Below are positions 24,801 through 37,505 of a stretch of 64,000 nt of DNA, one piece after another. Position 1 is the stretch's first letter. Each line of letters opens with the position of its first letter. This DNA comes from Cycas panzhihuaensis (Eukaryota > Plantae > Cycadophyta): the NCBI GenBank assembly GCA_023213395.1, contig CM041465.1:80855741-80919740 (forward strand). Direction: 5' to 3'. The translations under genes were made by a program, and so were the position numbers. The notes below the pieces were generated by a model, which ran no database searches, was not told where the DNA came from, and was given only the letters and a program-made list of their open reading frames with translations.

Positions 24801-27800
24801 ATGTGGGCATATCATTTAGAGTTAAAACTTTTGAAGTAGTGAACAATGGGGGCTTGTCCTGACCACTTTTCATTAGGTGCTTGTCCTTCCTTTGATGGGC
24901 TAACAACATTGATACAATAAACAACTGTCGAGATAGCTTTAGCCCATAGGTAGGTAGGTACATTTTTGTATATCAACATAGCTCGAGCCACATTCATGAT
25001 TGTCCTGCTCATGTGCTTGGCAACTCCATTTTGCTATGGGGTACCTGCTATTATTGTTTGATGCTTAATGCCATCATCTCGAAGGTAGCTTTCAAACTCA
25101 TGTGAGGTATATTCACCACCATTATTAGCTCGAAGATATTTGAGTTAATAACTTGATTCCTTTTTAGTGAGGGCTTTGAGTTCTTTGAATACACAAAGGC
25201 TTTATCTTTCTTATGTAGAAAAGCTACTCATACTTTTCTAGTGAAATCATCAACGAAAGACATGTAATATAACTTTCCCTTAAGTGAAGGAATGAGTATT
25301 GGTTTGTACAGATCAGAGTTTACTAATTGTAATGGATGGATTGATTTCCACTGACTTTTGGGAAAGGGTTGTCGATGAGATTTGGAAATGGTACAAGCTT
25401 CACATTTAAATGGCTTAGAGAAGAACTTTAGAAGATTTGGAAAAGTGTTAGAAAGATTTCTAAGTCTATCAATGTGAACATGGCCCATGCGATCATGCTA
25501 AAAAGATTTTGGTGATAACGTTGAATGGGTCAAGATGGAATTAAATGCAAATTCTTCATCGACATAAGGGCTTTGGGCACAATAAGCTTCAGAATATGGA
25601 GAGTCATTCAGTCGAAAGAGTTTGCCAGAGAGATGTCCAATCAAAACCACTTGATTAGTTAGGGGGTGAATAACCTAAAGAGTTTGGTAATTTATGGTTA
25701 CACTCAGACCAAATCCACAAGAGATAAGTGTGGATAAGGAGAGTAGGTTTTGTTTGAGATTGGGTATGTATAAGACATCAAGCAATGTAAAATCTTCTAA
25801 GCCTGGGAGTTTCAGGTGAATGTCACCAATTTCTTCAACAGGTTGTTGTGATTTATTAGCCATGTGAACAACTCCTTAAACATTCAAGTCAAATGTTTGA
25901 TATGGACTACAATTACATGTCATATGTTGAGTTACTCTTATGTCTATAATCCACTGTCCATAGATTGAAGCCATAATATTGGAAATTCCAATAGGGCTTG
26001 GCATTAGTGAAGGGAATTCATACGTGATATATTCTCATCGAGCTTCAAAGTATCTCTTTGGTTGGTCAATGGCATTTGATGCCGGAGATCTCTCAATTCT
26101 TTAAAAATATGCTTATACAGAACTTGCACCACTAAAGGATTCTTCACATATTTCTTCGACATTATGAGCTCCATGTTTTGGTTGGAACTTGTCCAACTTA
26201 TAAGTGATAATTTTGTAGTCTTTTATTAAGTGTCCTTTACAGTTACACCGATCACATATAATAGTTTGATTACTAATCCTTGAAGAGGTACTAGTTTGGC
26301 TTGACTATCTTGTTCTTTGTTGAGGTGACACTTAGCCTTGAGACTATTGAGGCTGTGACTGAGGGTTTGATTGGCCTTGTGGATGATTTCCCATATTTCT
26401 TCCTCTTCCTCTTGTTTGGTTATTTCCTCTACCATGGGATGGACCTTGATTTCTTGTATAGCAAACTTCTTCTTCTACTTTAAAGGCTGCATCTGGAAGA
26501 GAGCCAAAGGCTACAAAGTTCATATCAAAGGCCTTGTCAAATTTTATGAACTTATCAGCAAGTGCTTCAAAGTTGAGTGTCTTCAATGTTCCACTAGATT
26601 GAAGACTTCTAAGCAAGTTTTTATAATCGGGAACATGTAGACATGACTGAATCAAGAATGCCCAAGTGATACATTGGGTCTTAAAATCTTTATCAATTGC
26701 CTATTTGATTGGTCAAAGGAGATTTATTATCTCATGAGCTCGTCCCTTCTGTATTTTTAATTTGTTCATTTTTAGAACAAGATGAACAAATTCTAAATCT
26801 GATTTGGTATAAAAGTTCTTCTTGAGAACTTTAAAGACCTTCCAGGCTGTATCATGTTACTCTTCATTAATCAAGTTATGCAAGGAGTGATCAGTGACTA
26901 ATAAAATTCTTGCACGCATCTTTTCATTATCTATGTCCCATTGTAATTTGGCTGCAACATCTGTAGGAGCTATTAGGGTGGATCCACTAGAAGAAGATGT
27001 TGTAGATGTTGCTGGTATACTGGGTGTAGGCTGCAAATGGGCTCTCTAAAGGCCTTCATACTTTGCAGTATTTTTAACTCCAATGTACCATAGATCCTAA
27101 TTTTCTTTGCCTTTCAATATGTAGTTAACATTCTGCTTGAATTGAGATGACATAGTGATGATAAAGAAGTAGAAGAGATGATAGAAGTATGTGCCACTGA
27201 CATGTATGGCTAATAAACCTAGCGCAATAGGTATATAGAAATAAATGCTATGATGAGAAGTAAGCAATAATTATGCATTTTTAATAATTATGAAAAATGA
27301 GTCTTAATGTAGAGCTAGCAAAGAGTGGTGATGTGTCATGCCACTAATCTCTCACTTATGTCTAAATGTAGGTGAAGTTTTGATACCTAAGGCTTCTAGT
27401 ATATGATTAAGGCCTTCACTCGTGATACCTACACCTGCGCTTGGTGATGAAATCCAAGTCACAGTGGATCCTAGGTACTCCTAGTCTTCACCCAATTCAC
27501 TAGTGAGTAGTTGTATACCTCCTCTTAAGAGTTAAATAGTACTACATATCCTATGGCTATGAAGGATATTGAACCAGGTTAATTTTAATATTACATTAAG
27601 GTTTTCAGATTTCCTGGGTGGTTATCAGGATTATCCCTGATTGGAGGTCGTAAGTATGGCTAACTTATCCCTCCACCACTATTCCGGTTAAGACCAGACC
27701 CAGTATGAAATTTACACCTCTCTTAGGGCCTATATTTTGGCCAACCTTGGTTTATTTCAACCAAGGCGAGTATACGCATAAGTCAAGAACTGGCGGTATA

Positions 27801-29291
27801 GATCGTACAGATGAGATTCCTTTTAAGAATAATGTAAGATGTTTCTATATAACTAAAAACTGAAATGGAAAGTTGTCAAATGTGCTTGTTTTCTTTTCGT
27901 GTTTGCTTTATTATTGTTACTACTTTTGTGATGCTTTATGCTATGTATAAAAATAGAAAAAACATGCTAGGTTTAGCACGGGAACCAGATATTGCTTTCG
28001 ATCCAAGGTTTCCCTTGCTTTAGTACAATATTTCCAAATATGTTTTTGGAAGTTTTGATTCAAAATCTATAATGGGCTAAAACTCAGATCAACTTGCCAT
28101 TAAAATGCTAATTTTCTAAATCTATATGCATGCTATTTTACCTTATTTTATGATTTTTTCACAAAATTTATAAATAATAATAAATGGGTAATTTTTTCTA
28201 AAAATTACAAATATAAAGGTCTAAATGATGAAATATAAATTTATGACAGAAGGAAAAAGTATTTATAATACTATTTTTGATAGAGATGTGAAGTTAGATT
28301 TTTGAAAAGGCACAAAAAAATTTCTACTCAAAAAAGCACAAAAGCAAAATCCTGCCAGATCCACTATCTCAGAATCTGAACTTCAATATGTCAAAAGTTA
28401 TATTTTGATATGTACATTAACTTTCCCTTTTATACCATATCTAAAATCTGCCTGAAATACCCTTGTAATGTTCTTTGTGGGGTTGAGTAAGCAAAATCAG
28501 TAACCATGAGAAAACTGCATAGATCTCACTAACCAGTGGATAGAATTTGATGAGATTTATCTTAAACTGATCATATGACATAAATCTACTAGATACATTA
28601 ATAAGCCAAAACTCACTGTTGTAGGCTAAATTTGAAGTTTCTCTAGAAGAAAAAAATGATCCTCTAATTAAAGTGACCTTGTATGCCAAATTTCATTAAA
28701 ATTTGAGATGGACAAAGTTTTTATGAAAATTTGGGCCTTTAATTCTTCTGGGATTGTTCCAGCAGCTGAACAGCTTCAAAAACCTATATTCTTCACCTCT
28801 GAATTTCTGCACACATATAGAAAGCAGCAACATACAAAGTACTATAATTTTAAGCTCTCAAAATGTTAAATAAATGATGAATGCACTCTCAATACTTCAC
28901 ATTAAAGGTGAGGGAGAGGCAAAATGACTCTATGCAAGTGGAATGGAGTGAATAGATCTCATTCTAGTTCTGATACCACATGAAGGAAGGACAGATCTAG
29001 GGAATAAATCACTCACATGCACACAATAGCAATGGAGAATGAAAAAGAGATGAAACAAGATATGAGAGCAAGCTTGGAGGTGAGAATGAATAATAACCCC
29101 CTCCTTGAGATTTCACCTTTTATTATTAAGGGTGAGCATTAGGGTTAGGATTTTCCTGCGTAATGACATGAACCTAAAATTACATCTAAATTCACATAAA
29201 GTGTATTTCATTAAGAGACTAATGCTAACAATATATCCTAAGGTCATATAATTAACCTACACAAATGACCTTGATACATTAACCTCTTTCA
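21819..29291 (-). mobile_element. Element E: full-length decayed Ty1/copia retrotransposon nested in A
   Basis: Highly similar LTRs at 21819-22127 and 28981-29291. PBS gttctgatacca at 28967-28978. PPT tccccctt at ~22131. Perfect TSD GTTAT. Confidence 0.95.
22580..27152 (-). pseudogene. Element E gag-pol: gag, Zn knuckle (~26230), protease (~25930), integrase (24700-25490), RT (23400-24030), RNase H (22600-23050)
   Basis: ORF track motifs LVAKGFTQREGIDY, HQLDIKTTFLNGDLEE, TRPDITYS, STAEAEY, QVDDIFTK and YYMSFVDDFTR, in copia INT-RT order. Confidence 0.93.
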
Positions 29292-30607
29292 GTTATCTTG
29301 TCTAAGGGGTACTAATTATCACTAGGTCACTATGTCTCCCCAATATATTAGTCAATATATATTTCATTTGATTATTACTTCACCTCCCTTTTTGTATCTT
29401 TACCTACATAGATAATTTCCTCTTATAATTATAAATCATTGAAAGAAAGTAAACCAACCAAATGATGAAAGACGAGCTTCTTATTTCCCTTAGCCTTCAA
29501 AATGATATTTGATAATAAATCTAATTTTAATTAAATTATTTGTATGTTATTTATGACAAACCCTTTATGCTTAGGCATTCTTATATCAGATCGTCACATA
29601 GAGAGGTATGGTCAAATAAGACAAATTATAATTTCCTCTTATTGTGTTAAATATTGAACTTATAGTTGAACTGAGTATAATAGTTATCGTGTGAATATAA
29701 AACCGCTTTGAGATGGTCACCTTTTATACTTCTACACTATGAGGAATATATGGTCTACTTCTTATATAATGACTATGTAGTAAATTAAAATCATACCATG
29801 ATGAAATTATCTGATAGTATGATGAAATAATGTTTTAATATACCACTTAGCATATATAATTCTCTATGGATTATGTCTTTGCTAAGCAATAATTGCTAAT
29901 GTTAATTCTCTGGTCTTTTATTGTGGTTGGTATGATGTTATAAGAGCTCAATAGGTGTATGTGATAGCTGCAAGGGTATAAGAGATCGAAAAATAATAAG
30001 CCACACTTCCTAGTGCCTTGGCTTAGTGTCAATACATCAAACTATAGATTATTATTATGCCTATATTACCACATGGATGCTACTTGATAAAAAGTCACAT
30101 GTTTGTACCCTATTTAGTGTGCCAAATGGCTTGTTTTCCTATAGACTATGACAAATGACTTATTTTTGCTATCTATGGATATAAGATACTAACGTAAACT
30201 TCATTATCTATGGATATCAACTTAAATTTAATTGATCTTTAATAATGTTTACCTCAACTAGTCTTTACATTAAACTTGCATGTGGAAAATAATCACATGA
30301 AGATAATATTATCCACGATCTCCTACGAATACCATAGATACTTGTCATAGGATATCCAAAGATAATGTTAGCAAATATTTTTTTCATAATGTAGGAAAGT
30401 TGATTAATAATCTAATGGACTATTGCTATCTTTATATGAGACAATTTGATAGATAACTTAATGCAAGTAAAAGATGACTAGAAAAAGGGATTACCTAATG
30501 GGAGAATGTAAGGATGCTATATGCAGTGCAAGGAAGAATGAATAATAGCCTCAAATATAGGCTAGCTAATTATTATTTCATTGCCAAGGGATTTCTTTGA
30601 TTCCACT

Positions 30608-30845
30608 TATCACAAACCTTTGTCCATAACTTGGTAGTTATAGGAGACCATGAAGATGATTTAAGGATTCAATATTTGAAAATAAATGTTTGATTAATTA
30701 ATGATAAATAATATTTAATGTTTATAAGGGTTACATATTTATAAAAAAGACGTAATACATTTTGGTAAACAAATGCAACCATTCGAAAGTGCATTTTCAT
30801 AATAATTGGATTAGTTAACTAACTATTGTAAAGAGGTTTGTAACA
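30608..30845 (-). repeat. 5' LTR of element A
   Basis: Homologous to 806-1068, adjacent to a decayed PBS, with an imperfect 12-bp terminal inverted repeat. Confidence 0.85.
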
Positions 30846-31360
30846 ACCACCACATAAAATGCTCTCCAAAATATAATACTTTTATCTATTCATCTCCTTG
30901 TAAAACCAACTACTTCTTTTAGTCTTCCCAAGTCCTCTAAATAGATTTGAATATAAGAGATCCTATCATTTATGGGAACTAGAGTAATCAAAGTTGTGTG
31001 TGAGAAGAGGAAGAATCTGTTATGCCCACATAACATAGCTCTAGTTAGATCATGCTTGACTAATATCTTCCATGGTTCGTCACCCTTTATGGTTCTAACC
31101 ATCCATTTGGCACAAATGGAATGTCCTTAATGCTTGGCATCTATAAGGCCCATGCCTCCATTATCTTTGGTGTTATAACATACCTACCAATTGGCTCTGC
31201 TAAATATTTTTCTCCCTATTTCTTACCTTTTAGGACCGTTGACATGACCGGGTATGTTGATACTAGATAAATGGGAAGTTGAAAGAAATGTTTTGGCTAA
31301 AACAAGCCATTTATTCTATAGCATTCCCATCTGAAACTTTATGCATAGAAGTAGTGCCAT
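30846..31360 (-). mobile_element. LINE ORF2 fragment (region just downstream of RT)
   Basis: RANW.VCYNTKDNGGMGLIDAKH.GHSICAKWMVRTIKGDEPWKILVK is the typical LINE W...PK..GGLG..D......L.AKW motif. Includes ORF 30890-31102. Confidence 0.8.
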
Positions 31361-31369
31361 GGACAATAA

Positions 31370-32267
31370 TGATTCTACTTAAAAAAATATAAAAAATCTT
31401 ATCTACAAAAGGTAAAAAAACCCATAAGCCTCCTTTTAGAAAAAGTAATTTAAGTTTTTAGAAAGGAGATTTCTTGAGAAAAGGATAGGTGTTTTCTATA
31501 TTTGTAGAAAAAATGATCATTATGTTGACACTTGTACTTCTTAGGCATCAAACAAAGTAAAAAATTTTCTAGTAGAAGTAGAAGCAATAGGGGATTAAGA
31601 AATTCAATGGAGTGAGCCCAATAAAGATGTTGAGTTATATATTCTTGAAGAATTTGATATAGAGGAAGTCAATTTCTATGTGACCAAAATGTTTAGATTT
31701 TTTGATATGTCGACTTATAATACAGAATCTAATGAAGATACAACAAGAGATGATGACAACCTCATATCAAAATATGAGTCATAAGTCTCTAAAGGATGTA
31801 GCAAAGATTTTTTCAAAAATTCTATAATAACTATAAATTATTACCCTTCGTTTTGTCCTATTGATAGGTCTAATTTTTTCTCTTCTTCACAAAAATTGCT
31901 CCCTTCTTCTAAATAATTGGCAACTTTAAAGGTAACTTTAGAGGTTATCGATACTCTTATAGAAGTATATATTCGTAATAGTTAGTGATCTATTCATTCT
32001 CTTATTGATATAGGATCTAGTTTGAATTTTGATCAACCTATTCTTTTCTCTTTTTTCTAGAAACAATTTATAAAACTCTTTAAGCCATTATGTTTTCTAC
32101 TCCAATTTCTATAGATTCCTTTATCACTAAAATCCCATTTTAGTTTGTTGGGGAGGTTATTAATCTCATAGTTTTTACTCTTGATGACCCTTAAGTTATA
32201 CTTATTTTGTTTATGCTAATTGTTGATCTTATTAGCCCATTCACTATAACACATTTGTAGTCATTTG
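31370..32267 (+). mobile_element. Endogenous caulimovirid, left part: coat-protein C-terminus (Lys-rich region and Zn knuckle), acidic linker, aspartic protease
   Basis: FYICRKNDHYVDTC at 31494-31535 (CX2CX4HX4C with the first C mutated) follows a K/R-rich tract. IHSLIDIGSSLNF at ~31992-32030. Joins 43457 across TSD ATTTG. Confidence 0.7.
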
Positions 32268-35200
32268 TATTAAAGTGACATTATATCCACATACCTGACT
32301 AATGTAAATGTAGAGATATTATGCAAATATTCTTGATATAATATGTGATGTATATTGGGTTGATGGATGTAACTCATATGCAATTGTAAATCATTTATGA
32401 TCTATAAATAAATATCAAAATCCATTGTAACATTATGACAGATTTATAAAAATGTACTATTATATTTCTATGGTGGGTTTTTCCCAAAAGGGTTTCCCAC
32501 ATCAAATATGTTGTCCCATATGCTTATTTTGTTCAAGTCTATTATGTACATAAATGATCTTGGCATCTTGTCTATATTATTTGTTGTTTTCTAACATGGA
32601 ATCAAAGTAAACGATCATGCATAAGTAGGTAAATGTTGGACAGATTATTCAATCATTGGTTACTAGGTAATGTTGTCTCACCCTTTGAGGATTGACTTAT
32701 CTAACAACCAAAAGAGTATCCACAGAGATGCAATGATCAAGTGTAGATCTTAGTTCCTTTTGTTATTTGTTTTACAAGGATTCGATGGTCTTTAGAGCTA
32801 TGCAGAGGAGTAGAAGAGGTTGTTTTATTTTGTGTAGTTTTCTAAGTGTGAAGCATAGGCTAGTGCCTCCTATTTTTAAATGTGTAGCCCTTAGTTACTC
32901 AATTGCCATCCATCGATGTTTGTATTGAATCTAAAGAAGATGACTGATTTGTTTATTTAAGTTGCCATTGAATTTGCTACAATGAATGAGAAGCATAGCC
33001 ATCTGTATGGAGTTTGAATACTATGTGAACTATAACAAGCGACATAAAAGAGAAAGTATATGCACTGGTGGCCAGTGGAAGAATTGTCTAATTATTATAT
33101 GATTGTGTAGATGCCCTATACAGTAGCTAAACCTATTAAATATTAGAGTATCCCAAATTGTAGAGAGCAAGATGTAGAGATTATGGATGCTATGATTCTA
33201 GATTAGGCTGCATTAGTCATTCAAAGTTCCATGTTTCATAGACTGACACAGAAAAATGTGCAGAGATTGTAGGCTCATAAATGTTTATAACTAAAAAATA
33301 TATAAAGATATAAAGGTATGCTACATATATTGTATTTACCCTTATTTGATTTCAATTTATCACCTATAGATTTATCAAAAATATATTTCATATTAACCAC
33401 TATTAATGATATTTAAATCCACTCACATTGAATGATATTTAATCATTTGATTAAATTGCCTATGTGAGTCACCTTTGATATATTATAATTTGATCGCCCA
33501 AATTTATTAAGTCATTGAATGATATTATAGATCACTGTTTTATGCGAAATATATCACACACTATGATTAAATCATGCATTCAATTAATATATTTACTTGC
33601 TTGTTAATATTTACAATAATATTTACTATTATCATATCAATAAAGTTGCTTGATTAATTTGATCACCTATTTTAATATTTATTCACCATTTGATTTAAAT
33701 TAAGTTGCACTGGATTGATTTAATTACATTATTAATGTTACATACTAAGTTGGGTTGATTAAATATCTAGTCTTTTGATACTAGAATTGCCCTTTGTTTT
33801 AAAACCATATCTCAAGTTGTATTAAGGATGATTAAATATATTGTGGCCTTATTATTATCAATTAATTGGCCTTTGATATATTAAGTTATCTTTTTTGATA
33901 TCATTATGGTGTTTGGTACAAGTGGGCACACATTTTCTATTGTGAGTGAAAAATTAGTTGACATGATCTAAATACATATGTGCATGCATAATAAAGTAGA
34001 AACACAACAAATGACAAATCCAAAGTAAATTAATTATAAATAAAAATGAGACATGTAACTGATTACTCCATCAAACTATATTCTAGGTGGGCTTTGTCAT
34101 ATAAAATAACTTGATGTATAAAGAATATAGTTCATGCTTAATTTATAAGCATCTAAAACCCTTAATACACGAATATGTTTGGTCGACATAATGGGCCAAT
34201 GTTATTGGTCCATTGTTCAACAATTGGGTAGACATAACATAATTCTAAATTACTTTTAATTTATAAAGGAGATGTACCCTATGTTACAAAGGTATATGAT
34301 ATATAATAATACATTTATAAAAAAGGTGTCAGTAAATGTTTCAACACCCTATTTAATGATAGTTCTATTTGTCATCACACTGAGATCATGCTGAAATCAT
34401 TCAACCTTTGGTCTCCTAAGTGCTTTAGAGAAGATATCTACCACTTGGTCCTCAATTGGTCAGTACACTAAGTCAACTTTTCTATTTTATACATACTCAT
34501 AGATGACATAATGATGGTCCTTTATGTGTTTTTTTCTTACATAGGATTTCTAGTTATCTTCAACACACTTTGATTGTGACAAAAGAGAATGGTAGCATGA
34601 GTATATTGAAGTTTAAATTTAGCAAGAATCCTACATAGCCAAATCAACTATGTGGTAGCATGAATTATTGCTTTATATTTGGCTTCCATGGAGAAGAGGA
34701 CAATAATTAATTATTTCTTACAACTACAAGAAATAATAACTAAGTTCATGTTAAAGCAAAATCTAGAGATAAAATGACGTGAGTCTTAGCAATCAACTTA
34801 ATCAACATTTGTAAATCCTTTTAGGATAGGATTGTCAGCTTGGTTATAATCAAGGCCAAATTAAAGTGAGCTGTAGATATATTTGAGGATTCTGGTGGTA
34901 GTCTTACGATGTGATACTTTGGGCTATGACATGTACCTAGAACAGATCCCAAGTGCATAGGAGATATCCAGCTGAGTGTGAGTTAGATACATCAAAATCC
35001 CAATAAGCTATAGGTATAAGGTGGGATCAAAGGGTTTCCCTTGTTCATCTAGAGTTAGCTTGGTCACTATTTCTATTGGTATTGATGAAGGTTTACAGTC
35101 ACTTATTCTAAACCATTGTAGTAGTTCACTTGAGTACTTGGATCATGACAAGAATATATGACCAAGTTCTTGCCACACCTTAATACTAACGAAATAATGA

Positions 35201-35949
35201 AGCAACCCAAGTTTTTCCATCTCAAAGTTACTTTTAATTTCTAATTAGAGCTAAGCTATCATATCATCATCATTTCTAGTTATAGATAAGTAATCCACAT
35301 AAAGCACTATTTTAATGATCAAGTTTCCTATAATTTAAATATACATATTTGAATTAGAGGGTGAATGAGTGAACCTATGCTAAGTGAAGAAGGCATCAAT
35401 CTTAGCATACCAAGCACAAGGCACCTACTTCAATCTATATAAGGCTTTCTTGAGCTTTAAAACTAAGTGTTCTCTATTAAGAACAATATAGTTAAAAGGT
35501 TGTTTCAAGAAAACCTCTTCAATGAGCTCTCCATTCAAGAAATCACTCTTCATATCTATTTAGTATATGGGCCAGTTGAATTGAGCTACAAGTGACATAA
35601 ACAAATGGAATGTGGTCATGTTAGCAACATGTGTAAAGGTCTCATCATAGTTAATCCCCTTTTATTATTTAGAATATTTTGTAACTAAGTGAGCTTTGTG
35701 ATACTCAATGCTACCATTAGCATAAAATTTTATCCTATAAACCATCGATAGTCAATTGACTTTTTTCTAGGTGCTAGTGCTATCAGCTCCCATGTGTCAT
35801 TCTTAAGGATTAAGGTCATTTCTTTATCTATTATAGATTTTTACATTTAGTTTTTGACTACCTCCTCAAATGTTTAATGCTTAGAAGTCTTAAGGACACA
35901 TGTCATTAAGGTATAGTTGGTTGAGTGCTTCATGTTAGATTCTCTCTTG

Positions 35950-35975
35950 GGAGGAGGAGGAGGAGGAGGAGGAGG
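35950..35975. repeat. (GGA)8 microsatellite, poly-Pro in the INT-RT linker of G
   Basis: Read directly from the sequence. Confidence 0.9.
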
Positions 35976-37201
35976 TGCATCCTTGATTAGTTGTTGATAC
36001 CACTTTAGAGGTTTCTAAATACTGGTAACCTCCACTTAAAGACCATTAGCTAATATAAGTGGCATTATAATGGTATCATCTGAAGTTGAAGTTAAAGCTA
36101 CTAGTGTTGAAGATGGATTTAGTGTGTCAGATGTCATTAATGTAGGTGGCTTAAGAACTAACACAAGAGGTAGTTCTAGAATAAAAACATCATTATCTAC
36201 AATAAATTAGAGTTGTGAAGGGTCCAATTCTCATATGTCTTTAGAAAAAGTAACATCTTGAGTGGTATATATGCTTAATTGTTAATATGGTCATATACTT
36301 TGTAGGCTTCACATCCAGGTATATGTCTACAGACAATGCACTTTAGGCTCTTACCATCTAACTTCTTCTTATTCTCCTTAGGGATGAATTTGTACACTAT
36401 ATAATTGAATGTCATTAGGTGAGAGACCGTAGGTATTTCACTTGACCAAGCCTTCTTAGGAGTGATGTCTCTAACTACTACTATGGCACTTCTATTGGTG
36501 AGATAAATCATAGTTTATAGAGCTTCTAACCAAAAGTGGGTAGCTAGGTTTGTAGTATTCAACATGGTCTTTACCTTATTCACCAAAGTTTGGTTTATTC
36601 TTTCTACCATACTATTTTGTTAGGATGTGCATGGAGCTGAGAATTGGCATTTGATCCTAAATTATCTACAAAAGTTGGTGAATTAGTTTGACGTGTACTT
36701 TCATCCATTATCAAATTTAAGCACCTTAATTATCATGCCAATTTTATTTTCCACTTTTGTCTTAAATTCTTTAAATTTATCAAAAGCTTAAAATTTATTC
36801 CTAAGGAAGTATACCCATATTTTCCTAGAATAGTCATCAATAAAGGTCATGAAAACTAGGTTGCCATTAAGTGATGCAATTGAAATGGGCCTATAAATAT
36901 TTGAGTGGACCAATTCCAGTGGTTGTAAGGCTTACCATGCTTTATTTGATGGGAATGGCTCTCTATACTACTTGCCAACTAAGCAAGCCTTATAAATACA
37001 ATTATTTCTCTTAATCTTTTATAATGCATGCATTATTTATAGCCTATATATGAGGTTTAAGCTTTGCATGTTTAGGTGACCTAAGGGTTGGTACCATAGT
37101 TAGTCCTTGGTGCTTTTAGAGATGGATTTCTCTTCATGATATGAACATTCATTTTGAACTTATTCAAGGGATGGGTCTTCAACTATGATTGATTTCCCTT
37201 T

Positions 37202-37505
37202 ATCAAGGTTATTATTTTATGCTATGGAATAAGACTCTTCTGTTGTTATAGTGTTGGGGGGAACTCCATAAAGTTTATATAACCCACTATCCTTATATCA
37301 TGTGGTAACTAATTGACTTGTGGCATGATTTGTAATGTTGTAGATACCTTGGATCAAGGTTATTATTTTATGCTATGGAATAGGACTCTTGTGTTGTCAT
37401 AGTGGTGAGGGGAACTCCATAAAGTTTGTATAGCCCACTATCCTTATATCATGTGGCAACTAATTGACTTGTGGAATGATTTATAATGGTGTAGATACGT
37501 TGGAT
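37202..37505. repeat. Tandem duplication of a 151-bp unit (two copies) within G
   Basis: atcaaggttattattttatgctatggaata... starts at 37202 and again at 37353. Confidence 0.92.

Larger units (their letters stand above)
806..30845 (-). mobile_element. Element A: decayed Ty3/gypsy chromovirus (Reina-like) LTR retrotransposon hosting B, D1 and E
   Basis: LTRs at 806-1068 and 30608-30845, with termini TATCACAAACCT...AGGTTTGTAACA in the right copy. PPT tcctttcccc at 1071-1080. Decayed Met-PBS ctttgattcca at ~30595-30605. TSD ACTAC (801-805) / ACCAC (30846-30850). Confidence 0.85.

Noticed and set aside
29880-30040. PPR-like frame in the leader of A
   Set aside because: Needs several stop read-throughs, and the similarity is marginal.
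33180-33290. IQ-motif-like DQAALVIQS in D2 as host cargo
   Set aside because: The rest of the IQxxxRGxxxR consensus is absent, so the match is at chance level.
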